This document shows positions 1 through 9,502 of a stretch of 64,000 nt of DNA, one piece after another. Where the stretch lies: contig OX337238.1 of NCBI GenBank assembly GCA_946965045.2, positions 2,728,001 through 2,792,000 on the forward strand. The letters run 5' to 3'. The stretch's first letter is position 1. Each line of letters opens with the position of its first letter. The position numbers and the translations under genes were made by a program. The stretch comes from Epithemia pelagica (Eukaryota > Protista > Bacillariophyta). Below the pieces are notes generated by a model. The model worked only from the letters and a program-made list of their open reading frames with translations. It had not been told where the DNA came from and ran no database searches.

Positions 1-1495
1 CGAACAGCATTGCCGCAAAACGGAAACGGTTTTCACGCGTGCGTACCAAAAACAGCTTGGAAGACAGAAAAGCATCTGGATCCATGTCACTGTCGCAGGA
101 GTGGCAGACTCGGAAACAGGACATACGCCAATCCCTGGCGTCTGCAGCTTCTCGAAACAAGGCGGGCGAGACACACACCCAAACTCTCCACGCCCAACAT
201 GATTGCAAAAACTGCACAAATGTCCATCGACCTTCCATCGACGACAACGACAAACGACACACGCAACTCAAAAGAAAGAAAACAGAAGCGCCACTAGCCA
301 CGAACCAAACAAGACAAAGGCATTCAAGACAGAGGTCTTTATGCTTTTGATCACTACGGCGTTGCCTACCTAGTTGACAGGGGCTGCAGATGCGAAGGAG
401 GATCGACGAAACCTTTCGGACTTGCCGCCATCGCGATGGTTGGTGGTGTGGCCCATCGACTTGCCATCAATCATCCATGGTCTTGTTTCTGTAAGGTGCT
501 TGCTGATTGTCATTCCTTTTCTTCCACGATTCGATGATTGTCGTTGCTGCAAATAGAAACGTTTGTCTGGGACTCGTTTGGCTTGGAGCGACGATAGGCA
601 CCTTTTCTTTATTGATGGATGGATTGGAACTTGATATGACCGTAGAATTCGTGTCGTAAGACTTGTCTAGTGCTTTGTATTCTGTTGCTGCACTTGTTGT
701 AGTTGTGTCTATGGTGGAGAGCGTTGGTGGCATGTGGATCAACGGGGCAATGGGTTTGTCCGGCCCGAATCCTGGAACCTGGAACAGCCATGATGATGGT
801 CGGATTGTCACATACTATCTATTCTCATTGTCATCGACGACACGTTTGGTGCAAACAGACATCCATGTGTACGTGTTGGTTTGCTCATCTACAGATAGTG
901 GTTTCACCTTCTTGTTGATGACATCCGACAATTTCTACCAATGGAAAGAATCAATCGCGGTGACTCTGCTTCCCTCATCTGCTCTATCGTTTTTGAGATG
1001 TCTGCTCGGAGGAAACAACCTCAAGCATATCTAAACATGCGTTATACAGCGCTCTTTGTTTGACTGCAAAGTTACTGCAGCAACGAGGAGAACCTCGTTC
1101 GTTTGTGTGTGTGATCTACAACTTTTTCATGTCGCAGTCGTGCTTCAACGCTGACCCAAAAATGGGCGAGGATTCGTATTTCGTGCTCTAGTAGTCATCC
1201 TTTTTATGGTTTTGTTAGTGATGTTTGTCGTCTGGAACAAACGCTCTATAGGGTTCCTCGTTGTTGTAGTTGTTCTTCTTGTTGTCGGGCTTGTGGTGGT
1301 TCGGCACAAGAATCTATATCTATCGCACAATACAATATAGACTCTGGAATAGTAGTAGCACATGGAATCTCTCTGGTTCTTCTTCTTCTTCTTCTTCGTT
1401 GGGTGCAAGTTCGAACAAAGAGTAGGAACAACCAGAGACTATACAGTTGACACTGGCTGTCAACAAACGCTCTCGTAGAGCTGTAGTTGTTCTTC

Positions 1496-3130
1496 TTAGC
1501 GTGGTTCCCCCGAGACTTTTTCGTCTCCTCCTCCTCCTTCTTCTTCCTTGGGCGGTGGGGCACACGATTCAAAAAAGAGTCGATTGTCCACCTCCACGAC
1601 ATTTCGTATGCGGCCACCCGTGGACCAATAACCCTTGCCTCCCCCCAACATGTAGGTCTTCTTTTCCTTGAGTCGCGCCAATCGGGCCTTGACATCCATG
1701 GGAATTCGTTGACAGGACACCATGAAATGATTCTTGGCCATGTTGACGGCGGCTTGGTAGAGTCCCGAAAGCTTGGAGGGATAATAGACGGCACCGGGGG
1801 GTCTCCGGTTGGGTGGAGTAATACTGGCACAATGGCGACACCGGAGTCCCACTTGATTGCGGACAATGGGTCGATTGCGGCCTTGCATGTTGGATTGAAA
1901 GTCGGCTTCCCCGGCGGCAAACAAATCAATTTGTGCTCGTACCAGGCAGTGGTATTCGGACAAGTGTTCTTCGTCCGAGGGAATGGCCAACGGGATCCCT
2001 CCATGCGGAGAGGGGGGAGACGCCGATCGGTGCGAACCACCCCCCGATGTGGGAGGACTGGGTGGATGCTGTGCTCCTCCTCCTTGACTGGCACCCGCCA
2101 CGGAGGACGAATGAGAGGATTGGCGTTCCATGGTGGTGGCGTAGACTTGGTCGGAAGACGACGATCCAATGGCCACATTGGGTGGTACCAGTCTTCGTTG
2201 CATCTCTTCGGGATCGGACGAGGATTCTCCACTCGCTTGATGGCGAATGGGAGAGTGCCACATACCGGCATTTGGATTGGGTGCATGAGTCGTGCTCCCT
2301 CCACTCGAACCGTCTGTTCCACCGGTGGTGGGGGCATCTTCGTGAGCTGCGGATGCGTCATGGGAGGTGGAGGGCAAGAGACTGGGTGCCGGTGAATGCT
2401 CGGGATCGTTGCTGACACTGGGAGGAGGTGCTGGATACGACGACATGTACGTCATGGGGGGAGCCGAAGTAGCCGGAGGAGGACCAGACCAATAAAAGGG
2501 TTGGCCAATCCAGGAATAATAGGGGGGATCTCCGTATTGTGGATGCCAGGGGGCCCACATGTTTCTCGAATGTGCAGCAGCAGCCGCCAATTGTGGATGA
2601 GAGGGAGGTGGTGGTGGTGGGTGATGATGAGGATGAGAAATGGGTGGCGGAAAGGCCATTCCTTCCGTGTAATCCAAAGGTGTGGGTTCCATCCAGGCTG
2701 GTTCTAGGACCTCGTTTTCGGGATGATTTCTCGTAGTAGGGTGGGCCATCACGGGGGGAGGAGGATGAGCCATCATGGAAAGTGATGGATGATAGGCCGC
2801 ACCCATGCTGGTATTGGCGGCCGTACTAGTAGGATGATGACTGGAACTACTAGCCATTTTGGCCTCACCCCCATGAGGATGATGATAGGGAAAGGATCGT
2901 TCGGGGGAAACCGCAATTTGAGTAGTCGATTCCATAATTTCTCGTTCTTCCAAGGCCGCCATTAGCTCATGATGATGATGGTGGTGACGTTGTTGTTGTT
3001 GTTGTTGTGGATCCTCGTCCTCCTCCTCATAGTGTTGTTGTCCGGGGCTGTTTCGACGTCGTTTGCGAGGGACGGGAACATCATAATCGTTGTCATCGTC
3101 TACAGCGGGGGGTCCAGGTGCACGCTTCAT
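1496..3130 (-). CDS. Uncharacterised protein (~544 aa): Pro/His/Ser-rich N-terminus plus a diatom-type Cys/His-containing C-terminal domain
   Basis: Long ORF 1496..3232; first ATG at 3130 (MKRAPGPP). The C-terminal region PSDEEHLSEYHCLVRAQIDLF...QGRNRPIVRNQVGLRCRHC...GAVYYPSKLSGLYQAAVNMAKNHF..SCQRIP is globular-looking and resembles an uncharacterised domain I recall from many diatom proteins. Confidence 0.8.
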   Translation of the reverse strand: MKRAPGPPAVDDDNDYDVPVPRKRRRNSPGQQHYEEEDEDPQQQQQQRHHHHHHELMAALEEREIMESTTQIAVSPERSFPYHHPHGGEAKMASSSSHHPTSTAANTSMGAAYHPSLSMMAHPPPPVMAHPTTRNHPENEVLEPAWMEPTPLDYTEGMAFPPPISHPHHHPPPPPPSHPQLAAAAAHSRNMWAPWHPQYGDPPYYSWIGQPFYWSGPPPATSAPPMTYMSSYPAPPPSVSNDPEHSPAPSLLPSTSHDASAAHEDAPTTGGTDGSSGGSTTHAPNPNAGMWHSPIRHQASGESSSDPEEMQRRLVPPNVAIGSSSSDQVYATTMERQSSHSSSVAGASQGGGAQHPPSPPTSGGGSHRSASPPSPHGGIPLAIPSDEEHLSEYHCLVRAQIDLFAAGEADFQSNMQGRNRPIVRNQVGLRCRHCASITPPNRRPPGAVYYPSKLSGLYQAAVNMAKNHFMVSCQRIPMDVKARLARLKEKKTYMLGGGKGYWSTGGRIRNVVEVDNRLFFESCAPPPKEEEGGGGDEKVSGEPR

Positions 3131-4004
3131 GGTGTCTCGTTCAAAAAAGGTGAGTTCAAAATGTAGCCCCCAAACTCCCCACACAACCCACCGTTTGACG
3201 AGGTCGCCACGCGTTTGAGGGACGACTAACACAATTGCCTATCCGGTATAGTGGCGTTACCCTTTGGCCAGAACTCTCTAAGCGCACGAGTTTGTGAGGA
3301 TGTACAACAACACCGAGACTTATACAATAGGTCCAATCAGTGACGACGACTGTGTTTCACCCGCAGATATTATTATGATGCGGCAGGCGGTTTCCATACT
3401 GGAACATTGCAATGGTGATCATCCGAGAATCGTATAAAGAGCGAGCGTAGCTCATGGTCGTGGAAGTGTGCTAGGAATGCAAAGATCTTGGCGGGTAATC
3501 TGCCGTTACGCTTTGGTTTGTCAGACACGGATTCAGATAATAGAATTTTAGCCAATGTCATGATGCGTTGAGAGTCCCGTAACAATCGTTCGCCATGCCA
3601 TTAACTACCAATGGGACTGGTAAAAACCCGTTACGAAGTCGCAGCCTCCTTTTATGTAATAGTTATGGAAGCACGCGCCACATTGGGGACCCAATCGTGG
3701 GACGAAACAAATGTCAGTACGGTTAAAATGGCGTTGGGATGTGGTCTGTTTGGGTATTGCCCACAACGCCTTTTTTAGCTTTCGCAATCTTGTAAAATAC
3801 ATGGATGGCTCGCCTACTGGACGCACCCACGCAGCGTGGCTTGCGTCTCTCGCCAATTCGCTCAGCTCCGCCAAAGCATCTTCCTTCAAAGTGTTGTCAA
3901 TTGTCAACATCATAGACTCACTTTTTCTTGGAACGAGCAGATCCAAAGACACATCTCCCTCCACCAAGACTCTCTTTTTTTTCGGAAAGAAAAAGTATTT
4001 CACC

Positions 4005-5708
4005 ATGGCTGCTGATATTGGAGCAAATTCGTGCACCATTGTCAAGGCGGTCTACTCGATCGCCTTGTTGATCTTCTCCATCATTGTCGTGATGGCCTTG
4101 ATCTTTGACGAACAGACCAATCTCTCTCAGGATGTTCACCCCGGTTTGGCCTTTGTGTTGATCTGGGTGGCCTTGTTGTGGTTGTCCTTGGTCGAAGGAG
4201 GACAAGCCTCCATGGTTGGTCTTCCCCCCATTGACCGTGAACTCTACCGTGAAAGTCACCCCATCTCTTTCCGTATCTGCGACCACGGACACAAGGGAGA
4301 TAACTTGGACCGTTACCTCATGGGTCGTCAATTCATGGTGTTGGCCTTGGTGTTTGTTATCAACTTGTCTGGTGCACCTATTGAAGACGCTTCTGTGTTG
4401 AGCCTTCCCGATCCTCTTGCCAATGCGTTCCTCAAGTCCGGTTTGGCCATGATCCTCATGACTTGTATGATTGGTCAGCTCAACACTCAGGTCAATGCTT
4501 CGCATTGTATGCTTGACTTTATCAATGACTGGGGTAACTGGTTCACTGTCAAGGTTGCCATGGCCATTGAAGCTTCTGGTTTGTTGCACGCCTCGTACTT
4601 GATTCAAATGATTGTCGCTGGATTGGCCGGCAAGCCCATTGAATCCAACGAAGAACCCCGTGATGCTTTCATGAACATTTTGTTCTGGGGCCGTGTCCTC
4701 ATCTCGGTTGCCATTTTGACCTTTGCCTTTGTCGCTACCTTTGCTGCCTTGTTTGATGGCAAGACCACCATGTGGGACGGTGTACCTGAAGTTGTGGCCG
4801 TTGTCTTGTTCTTCTTGCTCATGGCCGTGGTTGGTATGTTGGAAGGTATGCAAATTGCCTTTTTCGCGGTCGCCAAGTTGACGGATGAAGAACGCAACTC
4901 GTCCGTCTGGGCTTCGCGTACCTGCAATGTCTTGTTTGAAGGCGAAGGTCACAACTTGCCCGGATTCATGGTGGGACGTCAATTGTGCGTCGTGTCCTGT
5001 TTCTTTGTCATTGCTCGTGTCACTTCCATGGATGTCGAAGACGGTGAATCCAATGTCTTGGGTGTGTCGGATGGTGCTCAAGAATTCTTTAATACTGGTT
5101 TGTTGGGTGCCTTGATTACCACCATTGTCGCCTCCATTGCCTGGCAATTGGTGGCCTCGGCCTTTCCGGTTGCCTTTTTGTCGACTCCCATCACCTACGT
5201 GTTGCTTCGCATTTGTTTGTTCTTGGAAGCCACGGGTATCTGTACCGGCGCTTGGGTGTTGGCCGCGATCCACCGCAAGGTTTCGGGTTTCCAACGTGAC
5301 GAAGTCTATGTCGGTACCGCCGAAGAACGTGCGGCCATGCAACATGGTGACAAGGTCAATGGCAAGTCCGATGTCGGTCACTTGGCCGGTGGTGCCTTTC
5401 CCGCCACGCACGATTTGCCCTATTACGAAAGTTGGATTGCCGGTGGTAACTTTTCGGAACGTCGGGCCAAGATTTTGCAAAACATTAGCATTTTGCGTGA
5501 ACAAGTCGATGCCGCCACTTCCATGGACGAAAAGGCCACGTACGAAGCTGCCCTCAAAAAGGAAGTTGCCGCTCTTCGTCATGTCAACCGAGAAGAGGGA
5601 GAATCGGTCCGACATTTGGAAAAGACCAACCCCAGTGCCGCCCCCAAGGAAATTGAAGAGGAGGACGACGAAGATGTCGTCGAAGACGAAGATGTCGAAG
5701 TGGCCTAA
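4005..5708 (+). CDS. SIT: Silicon transporter (silicic acid transporter), 567 aa, intronless
   Basis: About 10 hydrophobic segments with the four SIT GXQ motifs (VEGGQ, MGRQF, LEGMQ, VGRQL). C-terminal coiled-coil/acidic tail. Strong codon bias. ATG at 4005 (MAADIGAN). Confidence 0.96.
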   Translation: MAADIGANSCTIVKAVYSIALLIFSIIVVMALIFDEQTNLSQDVHPGLAFVLIWVALLWLSLVEGGQASMVGLPPIDRELYRESHPISFRICDHGHKGDNLDRYLMGRQFMVLALVFVINLSGAPIEDASVLSLPDPLANAFLKSGLAMILMTCMIGQLNTQVNASHCMLDFINDWGNWFTVKVAMAIEASGLLHASYLIQMIVAGLAGKPIESNEEPRDAFMNILFWGRVLISVAILTFAFVATFAALFDGKTTMWDGVPEVVAVVLFFLLMAVVGMLEGMQIAFFAVAKLTDEERNSSVWASRTCNVLFEGEGHNLPGFMVGRQLCVVSCFFVIARVTSMDVEDGESNVLGVSDGAQEFFNTGLLGALITTIVASIAWQLVASAFPVAFLSTPITYVLLRICLFLEATGICTGAWVLAAIHRKVSGFQRDEVYVGTAEERAAMQHGDKVNGKSDVGHLAGGAFPATHDLPYYESWIAGGNFSERRAKILQNISILREQVDAATSMDEKATYEAALKKEVAALRHVNREEGESVRHLEKTNPSAAPKEIEEEDDEDVVEDEDVEVA

Positions 5709-5717
5709 ATTGTTGGA

Positions 5718-6309
5718 TCTTTTAGATTTTCTGTGAGTGATGATGCTCAACGACTGCCCAGATTCTACCGGACTGGAGCAGTTTGTTGTATTTGGACGTA
5801 TAAAAACATATTAGTTTGACTTTGAAAGTTACTTTATCTTGACATATGATTAGTTTCTCCACATGTCCGCACCATGGTCCACTTTTGGATGTTGTCTTCC
5901 AGATCGATGGTGATTGCTGATTCACAAACACTCAAAAAAGGGAGAGGTGGAGTGGCATTGCGTTCGCCAAAACAAGCGAGAGACGTTAGACTCGGTAGAC
6001 CGGGCTGGCGCACTCTTTTAGATTTTCTGTGAGTGATGATGCTCAACGACTGCCCAGATTCTATCGGACTGGAGCAGTTTGTTGTATTTGGACGTATAAA
6101 AACATATTAGTTTGACTTTGAAAGTTACTTTATCTTGACGTATGATTAGTTTCTCCACATGGCCGCACCATGGTCCACTTTTGGATGTTGTCTTCCAGAT
6201 CGATGGTGATTGCTGATTCACAAACACACAAAAAAGGGAGAGGTGGAGTGGCATTGCGTTCGCCAAAACGAGCGAGAGACGTTAGACTCGGTAGACCGGG
6301 CTGGCGCAC
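5718..6309. repeat. Direct tandem duplication, 2 x 296 bp (5718-6013 and 6014-6309)
   Basis: Both units begin TCTTTTAGATTTTCTGTGAG and end GGGCTGGCGCAC; only a few substitutions differ. Confidence 0.95.
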
Positions 6310-6484
6310 GCTTGGATCGCGCATTGGACGCGGGTGGTGTCACAGCGTGAGTTGCCGCCGCCATGACAATGGAGATGGAGAGATGGTGGAGAGGGAGGAG
6401 CTCTTGCCATTAGGTGTACATATACAATGGTCACCCCAAACGCACAATACGAATAATAGGCAAACGCGAGAGAGAGAGCAGAAA

Positions 6485-8327
6485 ATGACGGCCCGTAGTC
6501 GAACCAAAGGACCAACGACGACCACGCAGCCAGTTCTTCCTGTGGATCGTTCCAGCAAAGTGTCACAACAACACAATGAGAATGGACCGTTCCTACCACA
6601 CGTGCGAACAAAACGGAAGAAGAACCACCATCATTGTTGTGGTTCCCTGTGGCGCCGTGTTTGTCAGTGGAGGCGAGGGTGGCTGTTGTGGAGGCGGCAG
6701 GGTGGGTATTGGTTGGCAATCTTCCTTCTTCTTTTGGTGTGGCAGGGTTCCAACGGCAGGTCTTGGTGGATCGACACAAACACACACCACGATACTTCAC
6801 AAATGCGTCCTTCCTCCGGTTCCTTCTCGACGTACCAAGAGAACCAAAACAACCAAACGGCGGTGGAAGCAGCAACCACCACCAGAACCAATGCCATGAT
6901 ATCATTATTTCAGGACGTGGTACTGCCGTTGTCGTGTCAGGGCAAGGAACCCTTGTTGGAATTGATGTGGCACGCCAAGACTCATGATGAAGAGGACTCT
7001 CCCATTCTCGACCAGGACAACCACAACGAACAACAGCAACAACAAACCAAAAAGATGCTGTTTGCCATGGCGGACGAATGGTGTCCCCAATTGACGGGGA
7101 CCTGGAACCAAGTGACCGACTTGTATGATCATGACGTTCGTGTCGTGGGCTTGGAAACGTGTCCCACTCGTTCGTCGTCTTCTTCACAACCACCACCATC
7201 CCAATTGCAGATGCAACCACGCGTGGCCGGTTTGTTTCATACCGGTACCAATGCCGTGGCCCGATTGTTGCACCGCAATTATGGTACGACAAATAACAAC
7301 AACAATACGAACAACACGAGTGACTTGTGGGAGGTGCCCTGGGGCAAACATTGTCCGTATGCGCGTCGACACGACTGTCGTTCCACCAACAAGGACAAGG
7401 ACAACCACAATGTAAACGAAAACAACATTATGCCCATTGTCTTGGTACGCGATCCCTTGCGATGGATGCGCAAACTGGTACGTGCGTATGTCACTGGATT
7501 GGAATACCGTACTCGGCATCATGACTCTGGATTCCAAAAGGATAGCACAGATCGTCGTTCTTGTCGTACCAGGTATGTCTCACCGAATCATGGTGATACG
7601 TTTGTTGTGGTCGACCATTGTTTTTCTTGATTTTCTTCTTGTCAAGTGTCAAGTTCCGTACGAGGCGCACTGGCAACGATCCACGGTACGACAGCATTGT
7701 CCCAATTTGATTGCCGAACACGACCACACTGAAACCAATGACCGTACGAGCCATCGAAACAACACACCGGCTCACCCAACCGTCCCCGTCACGGTACAAA
7801 CGTTGGAGGTCACGACCGAGTATCCCTCCTTGCTCGAGTGGTGGATCCAATGGAATACGCAATATTTGCACAGTGCGCACCCTCGTCTCATGATTCGTGT
7901 CGAAGATTTGTGGTTTCATCCCCACACCATTTGGCAACTGGTGGACGATTGTTTGCACGGACGACCAATCTCCACCACATCCACGACACGGCAGCATTCG
8001 TGGTCGTCCCCCAGCGCTAGTAATAGCCACCACAATCCTTTGGTCGTGGCGGAATGGTCGGCCAGCAAAGACCATGGATTTGCCTCCAATTATGGTCGCG
8101 CTTTGCAACGCTATGGAACAGCGGTTGGACGACACAAGGGCTTGTCTCGTGCCGACAAGTTGTATATCAATCACCAACTCATGGTGGGACAGTCGTCCTC
8201 GTCGCTGGCCCAGATCTTTCACTACCCGCTCGTTCCCATTGCCAATCGCACCCAACAGCAGCAGGACAACACCAACAATAACAGCCATCGTCGCCGTACT
8301 CCGTCCCAGTCCAACCCACCAGGGTGA
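6485..8327 (+). CDS. Type II membrane protein with a sulfotransferase-like (P-loop) domain; join(6485..7477,7647..8327), ~557 aa
   Basis: N-terminal TM segment (YWLAIFLLLLVW). Motifs RVAGLFHTGTNAV, VPWGKH, IVLVRDPLRWMRKL and RLMIRVEDL. A GT(ACGT)...AG intron at 7478-7646 joins WMRKL to CQVPYEAHW in frame. Confidence 0.8.
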
Positions 8328-8693
8328 CGAGAAGAAAAAGGACCACCGAGTAGACTCACGACTGGCGTTTGAGTGCCGACATCCCAGCTTGGATAGAGGA
8401 ATCGCATGGGTCCTACGGAGACACGACAGTTCGTCCTACTCCTTGTCATGGACGGTTTCGTTGTTCCTGCGTACATTTACAAGTCGTCGATCTTGCCGTT
8501 TGGTAAGGAGCGCAGCATGGTCAATGTATGAGTTTCTTTTCTTTCTTTATAACTTTATCTACGATTGCGCCCTATTGGCACTGTAATTTGGGCGTGGCCT
8601 GGTGGGCCATTCTTTGTCTTGGTGAGGAAACGGTTCATTCGTCCATTGGACGACTGCCACAGTGGCTCACGATGCATACTTGCTTAGGAGGGC

Positions 8694-9495
8694 TCATTGT
8701 TCCACGAGGTCCAATGTCTCCTCCGTGGCGGTGGTGCCTGTCGTCACCAGGACGTTGTTGGGTCCGTAAAAGGCTTGGCGCAAGACCTCTTTGAGTTCCG
8801 AAATCAAGGGGAATCGAGGATTGGCCGGGGTACACTGGTCATCAAAGGCCTTGAGAGCAATTTCGTCCAGTTGCTCCAAAAAGGTTTCTTCCGAACATCC
8901 CGCTTCCAAAAACGTCTTGGGAACATTCATGGCCGTGTACATTTCGTACAACTTGTCAATGTACGCTTCCATGTACTCCTTGTCCGTGTGCGCCTTGCCG
9001 TCCTTGAGCAAACCCAAATGACGACCAATGTTGGCATATTGTTCCATGGCCTTGGGATAATCGTAGCCGGGGTACACTCCCATTCGCGTCGGGGTGACTG
9101 AGCTGTTGTAACGAATCACATGGGGCAACAAAATGCCACACGTCAAACCATGGGGCAAGTGAAAGGCGGCTCCCATTTTGTGTGCCAAACTGTGGGCAAT
9201 GCCCAAAAAGCTATTGCCAAAGGCCAAACCCGCCAAGGTGGCACCGTGATGGACGGCACCGCGTGCGTCGATGTTGCCCGTTTCGTACGATTCCACCAAA
9301 TGATCCGTCAAGAGTTTGAGGGCGCGCAATCCATGACCTTGCGTAAAGTCGTTGGCGGCAACGGAAACCAATGCTTCACTTGCATGTGTAATGGCATCAA
9401 TTCCGGCAAAGGCAACCAATCCCTTGGGTAACTTTTCGCAAAAACTGGAATCAATAATGGCAATGTCGGGCGTCAATCGGTACGAAAAGAGGGGA
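8694..9495 (-). pseudogene. adhE: 5'-truncated adhE paralog (C-terminal part of the Fe-dependent alcohol dehydrogenase domain only)
   Basis: PLFSYRLTPDIAIID...GIDAITHASEA...GLAFGNSFLGIAHSLAHKMG...HGLTCGILLPHVIRYN...AFDDQCTPANPRFP is homologous to 23910-24640 but clearly diverged. Homology stops abruptly at ~9495. Confidence 0.88.
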
Positions 9496-9502
9496 TGGCC
9501 GA

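Noticed and set aside
370-1034. Stop-interrupted minus-strand frame (DVINKKVKP...FQVPGFGPDKPIAPL)
   Set aside because: It looks like decayed coding sequence, but I could not assign a family or boundaries.
1246-2418. Overlapping 390-aa and 302-aa ORFs
   Set aside because: Alternative-frame and antisense shadows of the GC-rich 1496..3130 gene.
3918-5750. 610-aa minus-strand ORF
   Set aside because: Antisense shadow of the strongly codon-biased SIT gene; it has no independent protein features.
6170-6484. Upstream extension of the sulfotransferase-like ORF
   Set aside because: It runs into the 296-bp tandem repeat; the ATG at 6485 gives the expected type II membrane topology.
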